From Mycolicibacterium smegmatis (lineage in GTDB: Bacteria > Actinomycetota > Actinomycetes > Mycobacteriales > Mycobacteriaceae): 32,000 nucleotides of DNA. Position 1 is the stretch's first letter, and each line of letters opens with the position of its first letter. Under the pieces are notes generated by a model that saw only the letters and a program-made list of their open reading frames with translations, was not told the DNA's origin and made no database searches. Shown here piece by piece: positions 27,141 to 32,000 of the stretch. Location: contig NZ_LN831039.1 of the NCBI RefSeq assembly GCF_001457595.1, positions 2,130,001 to 2,162,000 of the forward strand, given 5' to 3'. The translations under genes and the position numbers were made by a program.

Positions 27141-28592
27141 TCAGTCGGCGATGTCGTCCATCTCTTCGAGTTCGCGACCCTTCGTCTCCCGCACGAACCG
27201 CAGGACGAAGAGGGCCGACAGCAGCGCGCACGCGCTGTAGAAGCAGTAGGAAAGGGGCAGGCTCAACGCGGCGAACGGTGGGAAGGTCACGGTGACCACG
27301 AAATTGGCGATCCACTGCACCGCGACGGCGACCGCGAGCGCGGGGCCGCGATACGAGTTCGGGAAGATTTCTCCGAGCATCACCCAGGTGACCGGCCCCC
27401 AGGAGACTCCGAAGGCCACCACGAACAGGTTGGCCGCGACCAGCGCGATCGGACCGTAGCTCCCCGGGAGAGTCACCGCGCCACCGGCTTCGACCGCGGC
27501 GGCGAAGCAGAGCCCCATCACCGCAAGCATGGCCGCCATGCCGACACCGCCGGCGATCAGCAAGGGTTTGCGGCCGATCTTGTCGACCACCGCGATCGCG
27601 ACGAGGGTAACCACGACGAAGATCGCCGATGTGATCACGGAGCTGAGAAGCGAATCGGATTCGGAGAAGCCCACCGACTGCCACAGCGTGGTCGAGTAGT
27701 AGAAGATGATGTTGATCCCGTTGAGCTGCTGGAAGATCGAGATCCAAATGCCGATCCACACCACGCGTCTCAAGCCGAAGGACCGCCCACGAAGGTGCGA
27801 CAACGACGAATGCCGTTCCGACCGTAAACTGTCGGTGATTTGGTCGACCTTGCGTCGTGCGTCATCGATGGATACGTCGAGAACACGCGACAGGACTGCT
27901 GCGGCCGACTCGTATTCGCCGCGCCGGGCCAGATAGCGCGGCGACTCGGGGATTCGTCGCGCGATGATCGCGTACACGACGGCTGGCACCAGACCCACGA
28001 GCAACATCCATCGCCAGGCTTCCACGCCGAACCAGGACGTATTGGCGGCGCCACCTGCCACGGACGCCAACGCGGCATCGGAAAGCAGTGAGACGAAGAT
28101 GCCGATGACCAGTGCCAGTTGTTGCAGCGCGGTCAACGCACCCCGAATGCGCGCCGGGGCGATCTCGGCGATGTATGCCGGTGCGATCACCGAGGCAATG
28201 CCGATCGCGACCCCGGCCGTGATTCGCCAAGCCATCAGATCGAAGGCAGAAAAGGCCAGACCGGACCCGACCGAACTCACGGCGAAGAGCACTGCGGCGA
28301 CACCCATCACGCGCACCCGGCCGATGCGGTCGGCGATGCCGCCTGCGAACCAAGCACCAACCGCACATCCCAGCAGAGCGCTGGCCACCGTAAGACCGGC
28401 CATCAGTGGGGTCAGTGCGAAGTGAGCAGTTATCGCTCCTACGGCACCGTTGATGACGCTGGAGTCGAAACCGAACAGGAAGCCACCCACAGCCGCGGCG
28501 ATCGAGATGGCGACCGCCTTCACGGACCCGCCGGTCGGCGGGGTCACGGACCCGGTGACGGGTGTCTTCGGCTCATATGTGCTGTGGGACAC
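27141..28592 (-). CDS. Sugar-porter-family MFS transporter, 483 aa
   Basis: GTG (complement of 28590-28592) with GGAAGGA 6 nt upstream. GGFLFGFDSSVINGAV, GGIADRIGR, IPESPRYL and PVTWVMLGEIFPN are sugar-porter signatures. It overlaps the upstream gene by 20 nt. The tracked 655-aa ORF is an out-of-context extension. Confidence 0.9.
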   Translation of the reverse strand: MSHSTYEPKTPVTGSVTPPTGGSVKAVAISIAAAVGGFLFGFDSSVINGAVGAITAHFALTPLMAGLTVASALLGCAVGAWFAGGIADRIGRVRVMGVAAVLFAVSSVGSGLAFSAFDLMAWRITAGVAIGIASVIAPAYIAEIAPARIRGALTALQQLALVIGIFVSLLSDAALASVAGGAANTSWFGVEAWRWMLLVGLVPAVVYAIIARRIPESPRYLARRGEYESAAAVLSRVLDVSIDDARRKVDQITDSLRSERHSSLSHLRGRSFGLRRVVWIGIWISIFQQLNGINIIFYYSTTLWQSVGFSESDSLLSSVITSAIFVVVTLVAIAVVDKIGRKPLLIAGGVGMAAMLAVMGLCFAAAVEAGGAVTLPGSYGPIALVAANLFVVAFGVSWGPVTWVMLGEIFPNSYRGPALAVAVAVQWIANFVVTVTFPPFAALSLPLSYCFYSACALLSALFVLRFVRETKGRELEEMDDIAD

Positions 28593-29406
28593 CGGCGTTC
28601 CTTCCCGCCGCGCGGTCCAGCAGCTGATCCGCCGATGCAATGGTTTCCAGCGTCTTCTCACGGGTGAGGTTGACGGCCACGTCCAGAGCCCGGTGGCGGT
28701 GCTCCTCGGAGATGATCTCGACGCCCCAGTGCCCCCTCCAACCTGCGCGATGCATCTCGGCGACAAACTGTGCGACGTCGATGGAACCCAGGCCGGGAAT
28801 GCGACGACGGTCGACCGCGTCCTCCCACAGCGGGCCGACGACTTCGGCGTCGGCATCGGTGAGTTCGACGACGAAGACGTGTTCAACCGGCACGATCTCC
28901 GCGAGCTTGCGGTAGTCGGTGCCGCTGCGGTGGACATGCCATGTGTCGATACACAGGCCCCCGTGCGGATTGCCGACGTCTTTGATGAACGCGACGCCGT
29001 CGATGATGCTGGGCAGGTTGGACATCGGCATGGGTTCGATCGCAACCCGCAGGCCGTGGCTTCCCGCCCGAGTGGCCAATTCGTCGAATGCAGACGCGAA
29101 GCGCTCACGGTCGACGGATGTTTCGCCGAAGGCCTGCAGGCACGCTGCGGCCTTCAGCGTCGTGGCGCCTAGCACGGCGGCCGCTTCGAAAAGGTCGTCC
29201 CGCATGGCGTCGGACTCGCGGCGCTGTTCACCGGTGGTCCACCAGTTGGTGATGAACTCCAGCTCGACGTGTTTGATGCCGTGGTCGTCGAGCATGCTGC
29301 GTAGCGTCGGAAGACCTGTTGTCGAGGCGTTCTCGGCGAGGTCGGCGTACACGATGCCGACTCCCTCCCAACCGGCTGACGCAACCGCGTCGAGTCGCTC
29401 GGCCAT
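28573..29406 (-). CDS. Xylose-isomerase-like TIM-barrel protein (sugar phosphate isomerase/epimerase or dehydratase type), 277 aa as tracked. It is probably the remainder of a 308-codon gene starting at 29499 that is interrupted by an in-frame TGA (29455-29457).
   Basis: ERLDAVASAGWEGVGI...IKHVELEF...LRVAIEPMP...HGGLCIDTWHV...VVELTDAD fits the AP-endonuclease-2/XylA-like barrel. ATG 29406 has no SD, whereas ATG 29499 in the same frame has AGGAAACCG upstream. Confidence 0.75.
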   Translation of the reverse strand: MAERLDAVASAGWEGVGIVYADLAENASTTGLPTLRSMLDDHGIKHVELEFITNWWTTGEQRRESDAMRDDLFEAAAVLGATTLKAAACLQAFGETSVDRERFASAFDELATRAGSHGLRVAIEPMPMSNLPSIIDGVAFIKDVGNPHGGLCIDTWHVHRSGTDYRKLAEIVPVEHVFVVELTDADAEVVGPLWEDAVDRRRIPGLGSIDVAQFVAEMHRAGWRGHWGVEIISEEHRHRALDVAVNLTREKTLETIASADQLLDRAAGRNAGVPQHI

Positions 29407-29585
29407 GGGTATCGGACTGCGCTCGGTTCCCCGGGCCGGGGCCGCGTTGCCTGCTCACGTCCAGCAGGTGGCGAGTAGATCTCGGTTCTCGATGTTCATC
29501 GGTTTCCTAGGTGAGCGAAGCGGACAAGGTGGGTTTTCGGGCGCAGGCGACCGCCACACGTGGATGTGCGTGTACAGACCGCCCC

Positions 29586-29640
29586 GATTTCTGCATGAGG
29601 GTTGTGATCTGGCGAGAATCACGACCTTCACGCAGAAATC
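29586..29640 (-). other. Long imperfect hairpin, 55 nt with a stem of about 23 bp, in the VOC-dioxygenase/TIM-barrel intergenic region
   Basis: GATTTCTGC ATGAGGGTT GTGAT (loop CTGGCGAGA) ATCAC GACCTTCAC GCAGAAATC. The outer 9 bp and inner 5 bp are perfect. The middle 9 positions give 6 Watson-Crick pairs, 2 G-U pairs and 1 mismatch. Confidence 0.5.
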
Positions 29641-29658
29641 GGCGCAGAGAGAAGGGGG

Positions 29659-30582
29659 TCAGCCGCTGTGACCGTGGATCATGTGCTCGGCGAGGTCCTC
29701 CGGTTGCAGGAATGACGCCGGCGGAGGCGGGCCCCATTGATAGAGACCTCTTGCGCCCTCGAGTTCCTCAGGTGTCCACAGCGCATCATCGACGATGCAG
29801 TCCATGTCGCTGTGGTACTCGGCGAAGTTGTTGGCAGGATCCTTGAAGTACCAGAAGAAGTTCGACCCGGCGTAGTGACGCCCGAGTCCCCAGACGTGCC
29901 GTTCGGGGTGGTCCTCCAGCAGGGCCATCGCGCCGCGCCCGATGGCGTCGACATCGTCGACCTGCCAACTGCTGTGATGCAGGAACGGCACCGGCGCGCG
30001 CTGGAGGAGGACGTTGTGGTGATCGGTCGAACAGCGCAGGAACGCACCGTGGCCCTTCACCAGATCGCTCACCTTGAAGCCGAGTCCGGAGACGAAGAAC
30101 GCGTATGCGGTTTCGTAGTCGGGCGATCCGATCACGATGTGGCCGAGCCGACGGGGCCGGACGCGGTCGGTGATCATGATGCCCGCGGCCCGGGCGTCGA
30201 CGCGGTCGTTGCGCCCCGGCGCGTTCACCGGCGGTGCCACATAAGGGGTTTGGTCCAGACGGGGCGCGGTGATCAGTTCGATCTCGGCACCCGTTGTCGG
30301 TTCGACGGTGTGCAACCGACCAGGTTCTGGGAGCACGGCCGCGAACTCCGATCGCCTGAGTTCTCGTGCCGCGCGCTGCAGATCGTCGTCATCGTCGACG
30401 GCGAACCGGGCCGAGACCAGTCGGCGTCGCGCCGAGTGCACCAGTTCCAGTTGGACACCGCCTTCCGTGCTGGCGAAGCGGTGCCCGTCGTGGGGGATCA
30501 GCCCGAAATCCTCGTAGAAGGTGGCCGCAGTGGCCAGGTCGGGTACGCCCAGAACGATGGAATCGAGGCGGTGGAGAGCCAT
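29659..30582 (-). CDS. Two-domain VOC-superfamily protein, extradiol (catechol 2,3-) dioxygenase-like, 307 aa
   Basis: ATG (complement of 30580-30582) lies 2 nt after the FAH stop. MALHRLDSIVLGVPDLATAATFYEDFGL... and RRLGHIVIGSPDYETAYAFFVSGLGFKVSD...HHSSWQVDDVD... form two glyoxalase/VOC repeats. The tracked 551-aa ORF is an overlap artefact. Confidence 0.85.
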   Translation of the reverse strand: MALHRLDSIVLGVPDLATAATFYEDFGLIPHDGHRFASTEGGVQLELVHSARRRLVSARFAVDDDDDLQRAARELRRSEFAAVLPEPGRLHTVEPTTGAEIELITAPRLDQTPYVAPPVNAPGRNDRVDARAAGIMITDRVRPRRLGHIVIGSPDYETAYAFFVSGLGFKVSDLVKGHGAFLRCSTDHHNVLLQRAPVPFLHHSSWQVDDVDAIGRGAMALLEDHPERHVWGLGRHYAGSNFFWYFKDPANNFAEYHSDMDCIVDDALWTPEELEGARGLYQWGPPPPASFLQPEDLAEHMIHGHSG

Positions 30583-30584
30583 TG

Positions 30585-31448
30585 TCAGCTCCGCGGTGCT
30601 ACGGATGCGCTGTCGGCGGTCACGAAGCGCTGGGTGAACTCCCCGACGCCGGTGATGTAGGTGCGCAGTTCGTCGCCAGGTGCCAGGAACCGCTTCGGGT
30701 TTCGGCCCATGCCGACACCCGACGGTGTGCCGGTGAAGATGACGTCGCCCGGATAGAGCTCGACGGTGTCCGACAGGTAGGCGATGAGGTTGGACACCGG
30801 GAAGATCAGCTGCGAGGTGCGGCTGTGCTGCACCGTCTCGCCGTTGATCTCGGCTCCCAGTTCCAGATCGTCGGGATCGGGCAGCTCGTCGACGGTCACC
30901 AGTTCGGGCCCGATGGGGGAGAACCCGGCGTGCGATTTGGCGAGGCTGAACTGCGGTGCGGGGCCCGCGAGTTGCAGGTCCCGCTCGGAGAGGTCCTGGC
31001 CCACCGAGACGCCTGCGACGAACTCCCAGGCGCGGTCCTCGGGGATGTTCCGGCCGCCGCGGCCCATGACGACCACCAGTTCGACCTCCCAGTCGACCGA
31101 ACCTGCCGGCAGCTGGACGGTTTCGACGGGCCCGGTGATCGACGAGACGAACTTGGTGAAGATCACCGGATGCTCGGGCTTGCTGAGCCCGGACTCGGTG
31201 GCGTGGTCGTCGTAGTTGAGACCGACGGCGAAGACCTGCCGCGGCAGCGGTGCCGGTGAACCGATGGTTCCGACGCGCGCGGACGGTGCGGGCAGTGCCG
31301 CGGTGCGCGCCCACTCCTGGAATGCGTCCCAGTGCTGGTAGAGGTCCTGCGGATCGGGGCCGAAGCGTTGTTCGGACGCTTTGGCCACATCGACCACGCC
31401 ATCGCCGGTGACGAGGTGGATTCGACCGTCGAGATTGATCAAGCGCAT
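30585..31448 (-). CDS. Fumarylacetoacetate hydrolase (FAH)-family hydrolase/isomerase/decarboxylase, 287 aa
   Basis: ATG (complement of 31446-31448) with AGGAAAGA upstream. QVFAVGLNYDDHATE, DWEVELVVVMGR, FSPIGP and GDVIFTGTPSGVG are FAH-family motifs. Confidence 0.9.
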   Translation of the reverse strand: MRLINLDGRIHLVTGDGVVDVAKASEQRFGPDPQDLYQHWDAFQEWARTAALPAPSARVGTIGSPAPLPRQVFAVGLNYDDHATESGLSKPEHPVIFTKFVSSITGPVETVQLPAGSVDWEVELVVVMGRGGRNIPEDRAWEFVAGVSVGQDLSERDLQLAGPAPQFSLAKSHAGFSPIGPELVTVDELPDPDDLELGAEINGETVQHSRTSQLIFPVSNLIAYLSDTVELYPGDVIFTGTPSGVGMGRNPKRFLAPGDELRTYITGVGEFTQRFVTADSASVAPRS

Positions 31449-31539
31449 GACATCAGTTCTTTCCTGAGCGTGTGGTGTCGGCACCCGGTGCGGGCGCCAG
31501 GCGCAGAAGCGCCCTGTTACGACAATCACTCCGATCCGG

Positions 31540-31592
31540 CGAAAAGTCAACATATTTTCGAAACTTCTCGAATCTTTCGTTTCGGGTACGAT
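31540..31592. promoter_or_regulatory. Divergent promoter/operator region with clustered TTTCG / CGAAA half-sites
   Basis: CGAAAA-N9-TTTTCG (31540-31560), palindrome TTTCGAAA (31556-31563), tandem TTTCGTTTCG (31575-31584) and a TACGAT -10-like hexamer (31587-31592). This is the most AT-rich stretch of this intergenic region. Confidence 0.35.
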
Positions 31593-31630
31593 GGCCCTGT
31601 GATGATGCAGTCAGACGTCGGGGGTTTGCG

Positions 31631-32000
31631 ATGACCGCGGCCGCAGGTGACGTTGTCGAAGGTCTTGGCCCCACGGCGCGCGTCTATCAGGCGTTGCGGG
31701 CCGACATTCTCGCAGGACGTATTGCACCCGGGTCGCGGCTCGGCTTCGCCGCGCTGGTGGAGCGCTACGACTGCAGCATCGGCGCGATCAGAGAGGCGTT
31801 GCAACGGCTCGGTGAACAGGAACTCGTGATTGCCGAGCCGAAGCGGGGGTTCCGCGTCGTCGACATTTCACCCGACGACCTCAACGATCTGACCGAGGCG
31901 CGGTGTGAGATCGAAGTGCTCGCCCTGCGTTATGCGGTCAATCGCGGCAATCTCGAGTGGGAGTCGAAGGTGGTGGCGGCGCATCACCGGATGGAGCGCA
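31631..32000 (+). CDS. GntR-family (FadR/FCD-type) transcriptional regulator, 5' part (123 codons). The gene continues beyond the window.
   Basis: Absent from the supplied track because it has no stop in the window. My own translation from ATG 31631 gives MTAAAGDVVEGLGPTARVYQALRADILAGRIAPGSRLGFAALVERYDCSIGAIREALQRLGEQELVIAEPKRGFRVV..., a GntR wHTH. The frame stays open to nt 32000. Confidence 0.85.
   Translation, partial: MTAAAGDVVEGLGPTARVYQALRADILAGRIAPGSRLGFAALVERYDCSIGAIREALQRLGEQELVIAEPKRGFRVVDISPDDLNDLTEARCEIEVLALRYAVNRGNLEWESKVVAAHHRMER

Noticed and set aside
29455-29457. The in-frame TGA in the TIM-barrel gene read as a selenocysteine codon.
   Set aside because: The expected residue at this position is plausibly Trp (TGG), not Cys. 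The only downstream structure, CCCCGGCCCGGGG starting 13 nt after the TGA, is too short for a bacterial SECIS. Nothing about this enzyme family suggests Sec. A nonsense mutation or a base-call error is more likely.
30583-31314. 5' extensions of tracked ORFs: 29659..31314 (551 aa), 26593..27759 (388 aa), 27141..29108 (655 aa), 6859..8304 (481 aa), 381..1622 and 22289..23347.
   Set aside because: In every case the extension overlaps the neighbouring, independently supported gene and is Arg-rich. An internal ATG or GTG with a proper SD coincides with the start of the recognisable domain.

Overview
GC-rich actinobacterial chromosome, most like Mycolicibacterium smegmatis or M. goodii judging by gene content and order. 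It is densely coding, with about 34 protein genes. I recognised no rRNA, tRNA, CRISPR array, IS element or integrase.

Gene blocks, left to right:
(1) 1-6485: distal part of a mimABCD/prmABCD-type soluble di-iron monooxygenase cluster. It holds the reductase 3' end, beta subunit, coupling protein, amidohydrolase, DUF59 protein, Zn-ADH and a dedicated GroEL paralog. Several of these genes are translationally coupled.
(2) 6511-10287: a small redox block (ABM monooxygenase, FAD monooxygenase and F420-type FDOR) followed by an acyl-CoA synthetase.
(3) 10297-15026: a LysR-controlled haloacetate-dehalogenase-like hydrolase plus MHS transporter operon, followed by a D-malate/tartrate dehydrogenase.
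(4) 15154-18218: a cupin + DmmA-like + PDR-type reductase + DUF3445 cluster. It resembles heme-dependent oxidative N-demethylase (Dmm/HODM) but has no tetrahydrofolate-binding subunit in the window. I consider this the best candidate for an uncharacterised system.
(5) 18293-21604: acyl-CoA dehydrogenase, family III CoA-transferase and MaoC hydratase, then a CitE-type lyase gene cut off after 43 codons.
(6) 21642-26135: a probably leaderless GntR regulator divergent from an LLM(F420) oxidoreductase, D-aminoacylase-like amidohydrolase and epoxide-hydrolase-like operon.
(7) 26206-31448, minus strand, controlled by a second GntR starting at 31631: FAH-family hydrolase, two-domain VOC dioxygenase, TIM-barrel isomerase with an in-frame TGA near its 5' end, sugar porter, NTF2-like protein and an untracked 47-codon ORF. 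Conspicuous intergenic hairpins separate several of these genes.

All family calls come from reading the translations and from gene context. No database search was run.
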